Positions 48,001 through 62,329 of a DNA stretch of 64,000 bases are shown here, in pieces. A program made the translations under genes and the position numbers. This stretch comes from Azolla caroliniana. Taxonomy: Eukaryota; Plantae; Polypodiophyta. Positions within the stretch are counted from its first letter, which is position 1, and the number at the start of each line of letters is the position of its first letter. The stretch spans positions 13,144,001 to 13,208,000 of the forward strand of contig JBHGNT010000011.1 in NCBI GenBank assembly GCA_043228905.1, in the 5' to 3' direction. The notes beneath the pieces are model-generated. The model was not told where the DNA came from, did not search any database, and was given only the letters and a program-made list of their open reading frames with translations.

Positions 48001-50608
48001 CACGCGCTTGTTTGGTGCGAGGGTTATAGAACTTATAACCCTTCTGCTCGTCCAAGTAACCGACCAAGATGTATTTCTCGGCCTTTGCGTCTAGCTTCCT
48101 CCTTTTCTCCTTCGGTATGTGCACATACGCAATGCTACCGAACACCCTCAAGTGTCGCAAGTTCGGCTTCATTCCGAAATATAGCTCGTGCGCCGACACT
48201 TTGTCTCCGATCCGGTTCTGGATGTATACCGCGGTCTTTACCGCCTCGGCCCAATAGAACTTGGGCAAGCTCTTCTCCTCCAGCATTGCCCGTGCCGCTT
48301 CCACAACTGACCGATTCTTCCTCTCGGCCACGCCGTTCTGCTCCGGCATGTATCTACAACTGAATTCACGGCGAATTCCCATTTGTTGTAGGTAACCATT
48401 GAATTGTCCGGAAAAGTACTCTTTCCCGCCATCCGACCGCAGGCACTTGATCTTTCGTCCCGTTTCCGTTTCCACGAACCCTTTGAGGTCCCGGAAACAG
48501 TCGAAGACTTCACTCTTCCTCTCAATGAGGTCGATCCACCTGTGCCGCGTGTGGTCGTCGATGAAGGAGACGAAATATCGGCTACCGCCAAGACTAACGT
48601 TTTGTGTCGGCCCCCATACATCGGAGTGTATAAGGTCGAGCTTGTTCCGACTCTGGTTTCGCTCGTTGGGGAAGGGAAGTCAGTGTTGCTTCCCGAGCTG
48701 GCAGGCTTCACAAATTTGTGCCTTTCGGCCACTACATTTGGGCAATCCGAACACTACCTGTTTTGATTGCAGATCTTGAAGCCGCTGGTTGTTGACGTGG
48801 CCTATCCGCTTGTGCCACCAGTCAATGTCCGACTCGGATTTTTGTCCCTTCGCGAACATTGTGGTGCCGCCGTCAGTGGAGTTAAACCAAACCTCCATCC
48901 CTTGGTCGACGATCTGTCCGACCGAGACCAAGTTTTTCGTGATTGTCGGAACGTGCAGCACGTTCATGAGTTTCCCTTTCTGTCCAACATGGCTAAGGGG
49001 AACTTCTCCGACATTCGCAATCGGATGCGGAGTGTCGTCTCCTATTGCGACTACTCCAGGTTGTATCGGTTTTTCAAGGTACGAGAACCACTCCTTATGG
49101 CTCGTCATGTGGTTTGACGCGCCGGAGTCTACGTACCACACCTCGTCCGATCTCGGGGTGCTCTGTTTCATTGAGTTTGCTTCGTGTCTCGTCATGAAGG
49201 CAAACCATTCTCTGTCTCTCCCGGAGTCTTCAGTGTAGTGCGATCGCTGCCGATTTCCCTTGTCGGTATGTCCGGAGCTGTTTCCGGAACCGGTTCTCTC
49301 CAAATCGGCGCGCTTCTTCCAGCACTCGCTTTCCCTGTGGCCTTTCTTGCCACAGTACCAGCACTCCGCGATGGCCTTCCCTTGCCGGTTCTCATCGCTT
49401 CGACTCCCCCTGTTTCCGGAGGGTCCGGAGTTGCTGTCGGCATCACTTCAGTGCCTTCTTCCTTGATCTCGTCGGCCGCCTCCATTGCGCGCCGACTCGC
49501 CTCATCCTCCACGTCCACGGGGCCTATCTCCCTCCGTGTACAACATTCTGTTGTCGGTGTGCGTGCTTGTAGACGCACCCGCGTGGTTCTCCTCTACCAG
49601 GAACATTGATTGTAAGTCAAAAAAGGACGGCGTATTCTCCTGGGTACACACAGCCATTCGGAACGCTCCGAACTTCGACACCAAACCTCTGAGACAGATC
49701 TGGACCATCTCGCTCTCCTCGATGTTCACCTCTATGGAGGAGAGGGAGTCGCAGATATCCTTGATCTTCGAGGTATAGTCCACCACCGACAAGTTACGTT
49801 GTCGTAGGTTGCTCAACTCCTGTCGGAGCTGAAGCTTCCTAGTTGTGGTGCTTACGGCGAAAATCTTCTTCAGATTTTCCCACGCACCCTTCGGCGTCTT
49901 TGCATCCCGAATATAGCTCAATAGTTGTTGGCCCACACACACGACGCGAAGCAGTAAAATACCTTGCTCGTCGATTGCTCCCACGACGGGAAGTCTCTGT
50001 GTGTCGATTCGGGTGCCGCGTCATTAGCTCCTTCGACATAACTCCAGTAGTCGTGCCCAAGCAGGTACTGGTGCATCTTGTAGGACCAAGACGCGTAGTT
50101 GGTTCTGTCGAGCTTCTCTGTTGGAAGCGAGCTCGCCATGCCTCTATCCATCGTTCTTCTTGTTCTTCTTCGTCAAGCTGTGTCAGCTGCAGAGAGGTTC
50201 TCAACCCTCGCACTGTGATACCATGTAGAAAGTAGCGTGCGGAAGCAAGTATGAAGACCGAATAGAAGAGAGGAAACTCAGGTTTAATGGAGAGCTTGAG
50301 CTTACACAGTATACGCAGGAGAGACAGAGAGAAACACAAAAAACTATGTTCAACAATAATACTCAATCTGTACATAAGACGTGCTTCAGTGAACACTTTT
50401 ATACAAGTCCTAGAAGGACTGACCGAAGTACTGACAGTACTTCAATGCTCATTAAGAGCTCCTACACTAACTCCCAAATATATTCCTCACGGAATATCTT
50501 TCCTAACGGACTCCCGGTTTACGCACTCGGCCTAACCGATCGGTCCCAACCGATCCGGTCCTCGGCTTCTTCAGCCGATCCAGCCGATGTTGAGCTTGTC
50601 TCTCAACA
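45020..50608 (-). mobile_element. Ty1/Copia element K, full length, inserted in the 3' LTR of J
   Basis: 385-bp LTRs 45020-45404 and 50224-50608; TSD ACAAT; PBS-like 50212-50223; PPT from 45405. Confidence 0.95.
45425..50151 (-). pseudogene. gag-pol: Copia K gag-pol
   Basis: ORFs 49918-50151, 49502-49984, 48680-49303, 47579-48475, 46699-47577, 46299-46574, 45777-46226. Confidence 0.92.
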
Positions 50609-50959
50609 ACAATGTTAGGTTATCGCTTATATACTAAGCCCTAATTATATGGACGAGTTCACACTAGGATACAAAGTGGAAGGAGTCGGCCTTTTATGCC
50701 AACAAACTCCCCGGTACAAGGACTACTCTTTCCTACATGTACATGTGTTTGGGGTTGCCTCCCCCGTAAACCTAGATTACAATACTAATCTAAATTTATG
50801 TTACAAGTCAGTCGGCATATAGTCGAGTCGGCATAGGTGAGGTCCGTGTCGAGCCCTGCATGGCTCATTATCATGATTGATTCGGTCGAATCTTACCTTC
50901 TGCTCCTCATTCAGCTTTCTTCTGCTCGGTTTCTTGTGCTAGTCCCACCTTTGTCCTTA

Positions 50960-51502
50960 GTGCTCCGAAGCGTTGATCTGGGAGTGGCTTCGTCAAGCAA
51001 TTGACGATGTTCACCTCAGTGTCAATCTTCTAGACTTCAAGTTTCTTCTTGGTTATGAGCTCCTGGATGTGATGATACCGCACCTCAATGTGCTTCGTCT
51101 TTGCGTGATAGAAGGGATTTTTACTGAGGTGAATTGCGCTCTATGAGTCGCAATAGATGGTTAGCGTTGGTGGGTCGATCCAGCTTGTAGATAAGAAGTC
51201 GGCAGACTGTTGGTGCAACCGGATCACTTCCATCGCTGCCTCCAATGTTGCTATATACTCGGCCTCTGTGGTTGAGAGGTTTGTGCACTCTTGAAGCTTC
51301 GACCTCCATGATATCGCAATGCCACGATAGGTGAAAATATAGCATGATGTTGACTTCTGATTGTCCATATTTTCGGCATAGTCAAAGTCAATGTAGCCTT
51401 CGACTTCGGATGAGGTTGTCAAACCGAAAGTCAGCTATGTATCTTTGGTCCCTCTCATGTGCCTGAAGATGTGCTTGACGGCCTCCCAATGCTTCCGTCC
51501 TA
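50960..51502 (-). pseudogene. pol: Copia J RNase H fragment
   Basis: ORF 51141-51422 (STTEAEY..IYCDS). Confidence 0.85.
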
Positions 51503-54307
51503 GATTTTTTGAGGAATAGCGCAGAATATTGCTTGGCCTTGACCGAGTCTTGAATTACTTCGATAAGAGTGCAACACAGGAATGGGAATAAACGTACACA
51601 CAAAAGAGAGTACATAGGATGTTTACATGGAAAACCCTAAATGGGAAAAACCACGGGAGCCCACAGACTCCAACTATCACTATGAAGAAAGGAGGGTACA
51701 ATCAGAGACCCTGAGGCAACGACCTCGAGCTCTGTTTCTTCGCCAACCGGCGGTTACAACAGAGTATTTCTTTGTATCTCACACACTCTCTCTGTCACTC
51801 TCGCTCTGTACAACAATATACAACAACAACAATAACAACCACATAAAGTGATTGCCCTAAGTCATATTTATACTTATATGAACTTAGGGCTATCTACAAA
51901 TATAGCCTCAATAGGCTTGCTCAAGACATATTTATAAATATGTCTCTCTTCCGGTTCTCAATGGGTCCTCTTCATTCATCACCAGCTCCCATCCGGAGAG
52001 ACCGATTTCCCAACAATCTCCCCCTTCACTCCAGCATGGGATGTCTCATCAACCTGATTTGCTTTTGGCACATGTCCACCTTGTCAACCAGCTTGTCGGT
52101 TGTCAATGCCTTAGTCAATATATCCGACCCATTCTCCTCCGTGTGGATCTTCGTCAGCACGAACTCTTGATCTTCTACTCTCTCCCGAATCTAGTGGTAC
52201 CTCCGCTGGATATGTTTCGTCCAAGAATGGTAGGCCGCATTCTTTGCAAGGTGGATGGCACTTTGACTATCACAATAGAGCCGGTATTCCTCCTGTTGGA
52301 TCCCTAGCTCTCCGATGAAGTCCATCCAGATTATCTCCTTGCCGGCTTCTACAGCTGTCATGTACTCCGCCTCTGTGGTTGACAACGCAACCTTCTTCTA
52401 CAACCTCGATTGCCATGATACAACTCCCCTGCATAAGTCATGACATATCTAGATGTAGACCGATTGGTATCCGCATTAGCCGCCATATCCGAATCCGTGA
52501 ATCCGTCAAGTTGGGGATTACTAGAGGTGAACCGGAGGCACATACTCGAAGTGCCTTTCAGATACCGGAGTATCCACTTGACTGCGTTCCAATGCTCTTT
52601 GCCAGGATTGCTCATGAATCGACTCACCACTCCGACTGCATATCCAATATCCAGCCGGGTACATACCATTGCGTACATCAAGCTCCCAACGACAGAGGCA
52701 TATGGTATCTTCATCATATCCGTCTTCTCTACCTTTGTCCTCGGGATTTGTTTTCCGAATAGCTTGTAATTTCCGGAAGTGTCAATCCGACCGGTTTCGC
52801 CTCTGACATGTTGAACTGTTGAAGCACCTTCGTCACGTACTTCTCCTGTGACAACCACAACAGCTTCTTCAATCGGCACCGGATGATGTGCATTCCCAAT
52901 ATCCTTCTTGCCAGACCCAAGTCTTTCATTGAGAAGGTCTGGTTCAGAGCCTTCTTCAACATCTGTATCTTGACTTGGTCTCATCCAATGATTAGCATAT
53001 CATCCACATATAGGAGGAGTATTAGGAAATCTCCTCCATCAAATTTCTTCACAAACACGCAGTGATCGGCTTGCGTTTTGTGGTACCCTTGGTCGGTCAT
53101 GAAGGAGTCAAACTTACGTTACCATTGCCGAGGGGCTTGCTTCAGTCCATATAGGCTCTTCTTCAGCCGGCACACCAGGTGTTCCTTCCCTTTCTTCTCA
53201 AATCCTTCCGGTTGATGCATGTAGATTTCTTCTTCGAGGTCGTCATGTACGAATGCCATCTTGACGTCCAGTTGCTCTACCTCGAGGTTCATCCTTGCCG
53301 TTATGCCCAATACCATCTGGATGGATGTCATCTTTACTACCAAGGCAAAGATCTCATCGAAATCCACTCCTTTCTTCTGTTGGAAGCCCTTCACCACGAT
53401 TCGGGCCTTATACCTCGGTGGATTTCCGGGTTGTACACCCACTTGTTATGGAGTGTTCTCTTCCCTTTCGGCAACTCCATCAATTCATACATGTGGTTCT
53501 CATCCAAGGAATCCATCTCGTCCTGCATGGCACTCAACCACTTGCGGATGTGGGTGTCTCTCTTTGCTTCCTCGAAGCTTTCCAGCTCCCCCTCATTGGT
53601 TAGCAACACATGCTCTGCATCTAGAAATCTCCGGGGGGATCTTCTCTCTCGGAGAGGATATCTCCATCCTTGGTTTCTAACAACCGGTTTCTTCATTTGT
53701 TCATCATCCGAGTTCGATTCGGGATCTTGTCCGATTCTGGTGTCTTCTTCTTCTTCTTCTTCGGTCGGTTCGGTTTCTTGTTCGAATCCGGCCGGTTTGG
53801 TGAGTGTCATCTAGTTACCGGCTAACATCTGGTTTTCAACCAGGTATATCCTTGTGTCCTCAAGCCAATCTTCATTGGATGATCCGGAGTTCTTCTTCTT
53901 CTTCTCTTACTCCTAGTCGGCAATGGTCCTGTTTTCCATGAAGACTATGTCCCGACTCCGGGACACCTTCTTGTCGACCAAATCCCACACCCGATAACTG
54001 AACTCATCATCATCGTATCCAAGGAGTATGCATGGCTGGGACTTCGGATTCATCTTTGCTCTCTTGTCCTTCGCCAGATGCACGTATGCGAGACACCTGA
54101 ACACCTTCCGATGTTGGTAAGATACATCTTTGTCGGTCCATACTTTTTGAGGTGAATCTCCTCCCAAGGGTACTGAGGGTGATCTATTTATCACATAGGT
54201 CGTCATCGTTAGCGCCTCAGCCCAAAAAGTCTTGGGTAACTTGGCATGTGCTAGCATGCTCCGAATTCTCTCCATTATGGTTCGGTTCATCTTTTCAGCC
54301 AGCCCGT

Positions 54308-54929
54308 TGTCATGAAGATTTTCGGCTTTGGTGTGAAACCGGGATGGAATGGGCAAGTCGGCAATGTGCAACATGTGCACCTGTATAGTAGGAAAATGGT
54401 GTATAGAATAAGGGGGATGATTTATCCCACATTGTAACGTCCCTCCCTCCTTGGGCTATAAAAGGAAGGGAGGGTCCCTTGTAAAAGGGTTGCCCATTTT
54501 GAGTTAGGAGGGTATACCATTAGGTCCAAGGTATGATAATCTTTCTTCTTCTTACGTTCTTGTTTCCTATTAGGGTTCTTCGAGTTCTTCTTCTTCTTCG
54601 TCGTCGTGTGGGTGGAGTCTTCGTGTCTGTTTAGGGTTTAGTCCGGTTAGGAGCTTGTATGTCTAAAGGGGTTTAGGTTTCTGCCCTGTCTCCTGTGCAA
54701 GACCCCGCTCGGCGCAACGAGCCCGAGAGCTCCCCGATCGGCGGCTTGGCAACAGACTATTGTTGTAACCTAACCTACCTTGGTCCGGCTCGAAGCCGAG
54801 GTTGTATCCCTCTCTCTCTCTCTCTCTCCCTCTCTTGTGTTCGATAGCCTTCGGTACGCATCCTGAATCGTTCCGGTTTGCGCCACAGTCTCTCGACATC
54901 CATCTCTTCCTCGTCCGATTACCGCGACA
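54308..54929 (+). mobile_element. Solo LTR (TGTCRTG family) in the integrase of L
   Basis: TGTCATGAAG..CCGCGACA; 4-bp TSD CCGT/CCAT; removal restores LELNGLAE; blocks shared with 2719-3544 (TATAAAAGGAAGGGAG, CAAGACCCCGCTCGGCG). Confidence 0.87.
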
Positions 54930-55232
54930 CCATTTAGTTCCAGCGTCTTCGGCACAGTAAACTCGAGCTGGATTCCCTTAACTGGCAGTACTCCTCGAAC
55001 TGCCCCCTGGTATTCTCCTCCGTTATCTGCTCGAACCACCTTCAGCTTCCAATCGTCTTCAATGGTAAGACCCACAACTTCCGACTGCAGTCATCTATGA
55101 CTGTCACGAAGTACTGCGATCCGGCATGTGACTTCGTGTCCACTTGACACACATCGTTATGCACCAGCTCCAATGGTGCATTCCATCTCATTGGTGTTCT
55201 TGACCAAAAGGAGGTTCGATTTTGCTTGCCAG

Positions 55233-56377
55233 TGTCATGAGAATCCGTCACTATGTGCGAATCGTGAGAGAGAACCGCCGAGGTTATGGACTGGTAGGAA
55301 TTAGTACGCACACACACAACACAAGCAAGATTCACATATAAGACAAGTAGTTGAGAGGAAACATTCATTTATTGCAAAAGAAATCGATTCTTTATCAACT
55401 TAGAATCATGTTACAATGGATTGGATATGAATATAAAATATCATTCTTAAAAAGAAAGGAGCCAATAGCCATGTAAGGAGTGGTCCGATATGAATAAGAG
55501 ATATTATTCTTAAAAGGAAGGAGCCAACAACCATGTAAGGAGTGGTCCAATATCAATATGAGAGAGATTCCTTCCCCAAGGAATGGGAGAGAGAAGAAAA
55601 AAAAAAAAAAAAAAGTAGAGGGAAAAAATGGAACTTATATTGAGCTCTTTTTTTATCCCCCTTCCCAATGTTACTTTGCATGTCCACTTTTAGTTGCATA
55701 GCCTCTACTTTTAGTTACATGCTTCCATTTTTAGTTGCATGCCTTTTACTTTTAGTTGCATGGCCTTGGCTTTTAGTTACATGCAACCATCCGTATAATT
55801 CGGCCAAATAACCTAATCATCCATAAAGTTTAGCCCGTGCGCAATCCATACATGCGTCGCAACCAAACCGTTGACGTGTCCACGCGCGCAAGTCCTGACC
55901 GTGCAGTGTATGCGCTCGTCCGCACACACGCGCATCTTGACTGCATCATGTATGCATCCGTGCGCGCCTGCACACACGCACATCTTGACCGCGTCGTGTA
56001 CACACACATGCGCGTCCCAATCGAGCTGTACACCGTGACCCAAAATCATTTGAGCCATTCATCCACACAATTTAGCCCAAGTCACCAAGAACATTCTATG
56101 CTTCATGCATTGATATAATGAATAGGTTTTGGCTTTCTATATATATTGGGAAATCCAATGTTATCCTATCTATGTGGGATATCTCACAGTTTTGTTTTTT
56201 CCCTTTTCTCTTCAAACTTCTCACTCACATAACTTGATGTTTGTTTATCCATTTCATGCGTAGTAAAATACGTTATGAAACTCATGAAGACATCCATCTT
56301 TCCATATCAATACATTAAGCTAATCTTAAATAATTATTTTACTAGTTTTCATATCATGTGTGAAAAATCACACGACG
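55233..56377 (-). mobile_element. Solo LTR (TGTCRTG-like) with short internal tandem repeats
   Basis: TGTCATGAGA..TCACACGACG; 4-bp TSD CCAG/CCGG; removal restores CTDCLAGKQNR. Confidence 0.78.
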
Positions 56378-58296
56378 CCGGCCAAGCAATCGGTGCACTT
56401 CTCAATGTCTTCGGCAAGCCTCTTCATCCCCTTCTCACTCATGTGACACAGTTTTTTGGCCACAACTCACCGGCAGTGTCGGATGCTACATTCACTTCTG
56501 CCCGGCATATCCGGCCATTCATCAAGTATAATGTGTTGATCTTCCGGCCACTACCAAGCTTCCCTTGTTGAACTTCATAACACCGTTCCGGATGCTACCC
56601 GTGTAACCTTCATCATCTACCCGACCGGCTGATATCAGGTTCAGTCGAACCTCTGGAATGTGTCGAATATCCTTAAGCAACAATTTGCATCTAGTTGATG
56701 TTGTTAACAACACATCTCCTATGCCGATAATTTAGCATGTACCTTCATTCCCAATCCGAACACAACCATGATCACCAGTTGTGTAGGATGAGAAGCATTT
56801 CCGATCCGGTATCAGGTGGAACGACGCTCCGGAATCGACAACCCACGTTTTCTCGTCGCCGACAAGGTTTAACTCATTCTCTTCGGTAATGAGCATAAGT
56901 TGTTCTTCACTTGTCGCAATTGCCGATGTTCCCTTCCGATCCGGGCCTCTCCAGTCCGAACCGTTTTGGTCCGAACTCTTCTTCGAATTGGTAGTGTCGG
57001 TTTCTTTCTCCTTCCGAAAATGCCGGAAGTTCTTCTAGAAGTGTCCCGGCTTCCTACAATAGAAGCATGTGGGCCTCCCTGCCCCTTGACTTCCACCTCC
57101 TCCCCGATTTGTCCCGGTTTTGGGGACTCCGATACTGGCCTCTTCCCCAGTTGTGATCATCTTCCTTGACCAAGGCCTTCAGATCGGTTCTAAACTCCCA
57201 GTCCTTCCGGCGAGCTTCTTCATCTAGCAAGCTTGATTTTACCCTTGCTAGGGACAACTGTTTCCCTTCCGGCCCGGCATTGCCCAACGTGACAACTAAC
57301 GTCTCCCAGCTATCAGGGTGGGAACCGAGCAGGAGCAATGCGAGTACCTCATCGGCGAGAGGTACTTCCAATGAGGTTGCTTGATGTATCTGCCCCTGGA
57401 AGGCATTCATGTGCTCCGCCATACTGGAGTCGTCTTGGTACCAGAGCCTCACTAGCTTCCGGAATACCGAAACCCGATTAACAACATTCTTGTTCTGGAA
57501 CATGATGTCGATCTTCCCCCAGAGTTCATGAGCCTTGCTCTCTTCATTGAAGTTGTTGTACAGGCTCATGTCGATGAAGCACCGGATGTATGCCATCGTC
57601 TTCATGTGCATCACCTTCCACACTGTGGCGTCGATCTTATCCAGTCTCTTTTCCCCGAACTGAACCGGAAACCAAAGATCTTTAACCACCAGCACATCCC
57701 TCATCTTCGACTTCCACACTTAGTAGTTGGATCCGGTGAGCTCGAACATGCCGGCGAACAATTCTTCCATTTCCTGTGTTGTTCGCTCTGATACCAGTTT
57801 GTGAGGAATAGCGCGGAATACTGCTCGGCCACGACCGAGTCTTGAATTACTTCGATAAGAGTGCAACACAGGAATGGGAATAGACGTACACACAAAAGAG
57901 AGTACACAGGATGTTTACGTGGAAAACCCTAAAAGGGAAAAACCACAGGAGCGCACAAACTCCAACTATCACTATGAAGAAAGGAGAGTACAATCAGAGA
58001 CTTGGAGGCAACGACCTCGAGCTCTATTTCTTCGCCAACCAGTAGTTACAACAGAGTATTTCTCTATATCTCACACTCTCTCTTTGTCTCTCTCGCTCTG
58101 TACAACAATAACAACCACATAAAGTGATTTCCCTAAGTCATATTTATACTTATATCAACTTAGGTCTATTTACAAATATAGCCTCAATAGGCTTGCTCAA
58201 GACATATTTATAAATATGTCTCTCTTCCGGTTCTCACCGGGTCCTCTTCATTCATCACCGGGTCCCATCCGAAGAGACCGATTTCCCAACTGATTT

Positions 58297-61200
58297 AACA
58301 TGTACCGGCTGATCACCCCTACAGCATAGGCTAGGTCGGGTTGGGTCGCCACCATTGCGTACATGATACTTCCTACAATCGATGCGGAGGGCATCTTTCC
58401 ATTAAGCTCTCTCTCCTTGTCTGTTGAAGGAGAGTCTATGTCTGATAATCTGATCAACATCGGAAGCGATGTTGGTGTTGGTTTCACATTCTCCATGTTG
58501 AAGCGCTTCAACACCTTTCAGATGTAGTCAGAGAGTCTTGGTCGTCCGATTTTGCTCGATCCTCATGCCCAATATGTGACGGGCTTATCCGAGTTCCTTC
58601 ATCGCAAATTTGTTATGAAGGCTCCGCTTCAGCATTCCAATCTCTTCTTGATTGCTTCCTCCAATCAGCATGTTGTCGATGTATAGGATCAGGTAAATCC
58701 TAGACTCGTCGGCTAGTTGCCGAATGTACATGCATGGGTCGGAGTCTAATCGGCGGTATCCAAACTACTTGATGTAGGAGTTGAACTTCTGGTACCACAT
58801 CCTCGGCGCTTGTTTCAAGCCATAGAGACTTTTTCTCAGTCGACATATGAGGTGGCTCTCCTCCCCCATCGCCGTGAAGCGTGCTGGTTGAGACGTGTAA
58901 ATGTCTTCTTCCAGATCTTCGTGTAGGAATGTCGTCTTTACGTCCATCTGCTCGAGCTCTAGATCTTTTCTTGCCACAACTCCTAGTAAGAGTCTGAGCC
59001 TGGTCATCTTGACTACTAGTGAGAATATCTCGTCGTAGTCGACCCCATGTTCTTGTTTGAACCATTTTGCGACAAGCCAAGCTTTGTACTTGGGTTTCTC
59101 TGAGTCAGATACATATTTGTATCGGAAAACCCATTTGCAAGGTAGCTGCTTTCTTCCAGCTGGTAGTTCGACCAACTCCCATGTCTGATTGTTGTGAATT
59201 GAGTCTATTTCGGATTTCATGGCTTGTAGCCATGTTTCGACATCTATTGGTGCCATAACTTCTTCATAAGTGCTTGGTTCGCCTGCATCGATGTAGTTGA
59301 TGTAGTCGAGGCCAGGTTGGTAAAACTATGTCTGCCTTCGAGCTCGTCCAGATCTCCTGGGTGCCGAGATTGATGGTTCAGATCCTTCGATCGTCTCAGT
59401 TGATTGATCGGTATTTGTTGAGCCACCCGTGTCAGGAGTCTTGTTGGATGACCCGCCCCCATGCTGGGATTTCGGCGGTGTCATGGTGTTCTCCCCTGTG
59501 AACTTTGTCGACTCGGATTTGTTTCCAAATCGCATCTTGTTAACTTTGCCTTGTTTGACTCTTGTCAAATCGGCTATGTTTTCATGGCTTTATCTTCGAG
59601 TTCGACTAGTGGATCTCCTACCAATTCAGAGTTGGTAGGTATGTTGTCGTCTTGGTCGAATTCGATTGTTTGTCGAATCTTTGAGTCAGCCCGGTGGGTC
59701 GATCCTTCTACGACGTCTCTGTCATCTTTGAAGGATACCTTTTTACCAACTATCTTTTGTTGGTTCCGCTCAGAGAAGATAGAGTCTTCATTGAAGACTA
59801 TGTCACTGCTCCGGATTAGTTTCCAGTTCTCAGGGTTCCATAGCATGTAGCCGAAGTCCCCATCGATTCCATAATCGAGAAATATGCAGTTCATTGCAGG
59901 GGGTGCTAGCTTGCTCCTTTTCTCCCTAGGGATAAACGTGTAGGCTTTCCATCCGAATATACGGAGCCTATCATAGGTTTGTTTTTTGCCAAACCATAGT
60001 GCCTGTGGCACTTCGAGCCTAATTGTTTTCGACGGTGATAGATTTACCAAGTATACTACCGTCTGCAATGCCTTAACCCAGAATTCCAGCTTCAATCCAG
60101 CTTGTTGGATCATTGTCGTCACCCTCTCCTGGATCGTTTGATTGATCTGTTCTGCCACTCCATTCTGCATGGGCATGTAAGGAATGGTCTTTTGATGCCG
60201 GATCCCTTTGTCGAACATATATTGTTTGAAGGCTATGGAGGTATATTCTCCTCCGTTGTCAGATCGGAATGTCTTCACTCTGTATCCCAACCAGTTCTCC
60301 ACTCCAGATGTCCACCGAGTGAAGACCTCGAGCACTTCATTTTTGGACCTCATCAAGTAGGCCGACCTTCTGTGTACAGTTATCTACAAAAGTGATGAAG
60401 TACCAGGAGCCTCCTAGTGATCGCTCTGGCGAGGGCCCACATATATCTGTGTACACGAGCTCTAGGGGTTGTCATATTGTCTCGTAGTGGAGGGAGTGCG
60501 TACTTCAGGTCTATTTCCCGTATCGACAATGCTCTCAAAAGTCCGTGTTTGCTTGAAGTTTCGGGATGTAGCCTACCACCATCTGCCGATCGAGTCCATC
60601 TGGAGACATATGGCTAAGTTGGCCATGCCATAGGTTTGGGTCGGTCTTTTCGGCTACATTCACGGCCCCTTTTGGATTGATCGCCATCAATGGGTACAAG
60701 TTATTGTACTTGTGCCCTCTCCTAATATTGAGATTTCCTCGGCTGATCACCCATACTGACTCATTGAGAGTAGTTCGATACCCGTCTTCGGCTAGCATGC
60801 CAATGGAGACCAGACTCCTCTTCAGAACGAGTACGTGTCGAACTCGGTGCAATGTTATTGTGTTGCCATTTGACAACCGGATGGAAACCCCTCCGGTCCA
60901 TGCAATTCTGCACTCTTGCCCGTTGCCTAGTCGAACTGTGCCAATGGTGTCGGCTGAATAGTTCGAAAACCATTCAATATTAGGGGTCACGTGGAATGTG
61001 GCACCGGAATCTAGTAACCACGTGTAGAGGACTTCTCCAATCACTGAATCCTCTAGGAAGAGAATTTCTCCTGATCGAGTGTCGGCAACGTTGATTTGGT
61101 TGCCAATTGGAGAGTGGTATGAGTCGGGTCGTCCTTGATTCCGCTCGGATTGCCAACCACTCTCTTTCCTCTTGATCAACCAACAGTCGGAAACATTGTG

Positions 61201-62026
61201 GCTAGCTTTTTTGCAATGTGTGTAGAATTCGCTTGATCGGCCCATTCTCAACTTCGACCGTTGTCAGTCTCCCCTCTTTTTCAACCGGCTCTGTCAGCTT
61301 GTTCTCTAGATCAACTCAATTGGTCGACCGACTCAGTCGAGTGGTGGACTTGTGCCGACTCATCGAGGGTGAGTGCCATCGATTTTCGCCGAATGTCCTC
61401 GGTGAGGACCTAGCCGATCGTCTCATCCAAGTTTAGGATTGGTCAGCTATTGGCGTATGTTGTGCTTAATACCTCCCAACTTGCCGACAAGCTCGATAGG
61501 AGGGCAAGGGCTTTCACTTCTTCCTCGAAGTTGATCCCTTGTGAGGAGAGTTCTGACAACACACGGCTACAGGTGTTGATGTGGGAGGTGGCCAGATCTT
61601 TCTCTCTTATCTTCATGTTGAACAGTTGTTTGATCAAAATCAATTTTGAAGATGGGGATTTTTTTTCATGCACGACTTGTAGCTTCTCCCACAATGAGAA
61701 CATTGTCGTCTCTTTTGTCATGCTGAAGTAGACATTTTCGGCCAGATGCATTTGGATGGTGGAGTGTGCGATTTCATCTGTAGATCTCAACACTTCAGTT
61801 GTCATCGAGGCAACTTTTTAACTGTGTCGAATGGCTTCGACTTATCTTCTGATGATCAGCACGTCCTACATCATCTCCTTCCATAGGGCAAAGTTTTTGC
61901 CATCGAATTTTCTGATTTCAACTCCTGATCCGGATGTTGAAGCCATGTTCTTCTTTGAAAGTGAGATTTTACTGACCTGATCTTTTTCCATTCAGCTTTT
62001 TTTGTTGTTTGTTGCCATCGAGCCAT
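58297..62026 (-). pseudogene. gag-pol: Copia J gag-PR-INT-RT
   Basis: ORFs 61443-61805 (gag), 60535-61251 (WLLDSGATFH), 59574-60356 (INT), 58765-59256 (RT). Confidence 0.88.
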
Positions 62027-62045
62027 GGATCGCTCTAATACTAGT

Positions 62046-62324
62046 TGAGGAACTATTATGCACGGAAACGTATGTTTGAGGATCTGTCGTAGTGTTCGCC
62101 AAACAACATAGAAGGAAGACAAGAGAATAGGCAGAAGATATACACGGTTTAAACTTTAATGGAAGCTTTTTTATTACGTTCTCTCTCTCTCTTAGGGACT
62201 CTGTACAACAATGATCAAGCTCTCTTTTACAACATTAGGTTATCGCTTATATACTAAGCCCTAACTATATGGATGAGTTCACACTAAGATACAAAGAGGA
62301 AGGATTTGGCCTTTTATGCCAACA
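62046..62324 (-). repeat. 5' LTR of Copia J
   Basis: Matches 44832-45019 plus 50614-50704. Confidence 0.88.
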
Positions 62325-62329
62325 TGCAT

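Larger units (their letters stand above)
52045..57770 (-). pseudogene. gag-pol: Copia L gag-pol
   Basis: ORFs 57054-57719 (gag), 53913-54380 (INT), 53119-53442 (RT), 52191-52984 (RT/RH). Confidence 0.88.
51508..58291 (-). mobile_element. Ty1/Copia element L, degenerate, with two solo-LTR insertions
   Basis: LTRs 51508-52015 and 57800-58291 (outer termini mutated); TSD GATTT; PBS 57785-57796; PPT from 52016. Confidence 0.9.
44832..62324 (-). mobile_element. Ty1/Copia element J, degenerate, hosting K and L
   Basis: LTRs 44832-45019 plus 50614-50704, and 62046-62324; TSD TGCAC/TGCAT; PBS-like 62032-62043. Confidence 0.85.

Noticed and set aside
51630-51642. Telomere-like AAACCCTAA motifs (also near 57925, 35566, 54633)
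   Set aside because: Single scattered telo-box matches within LTRs or leaders, not arrays.
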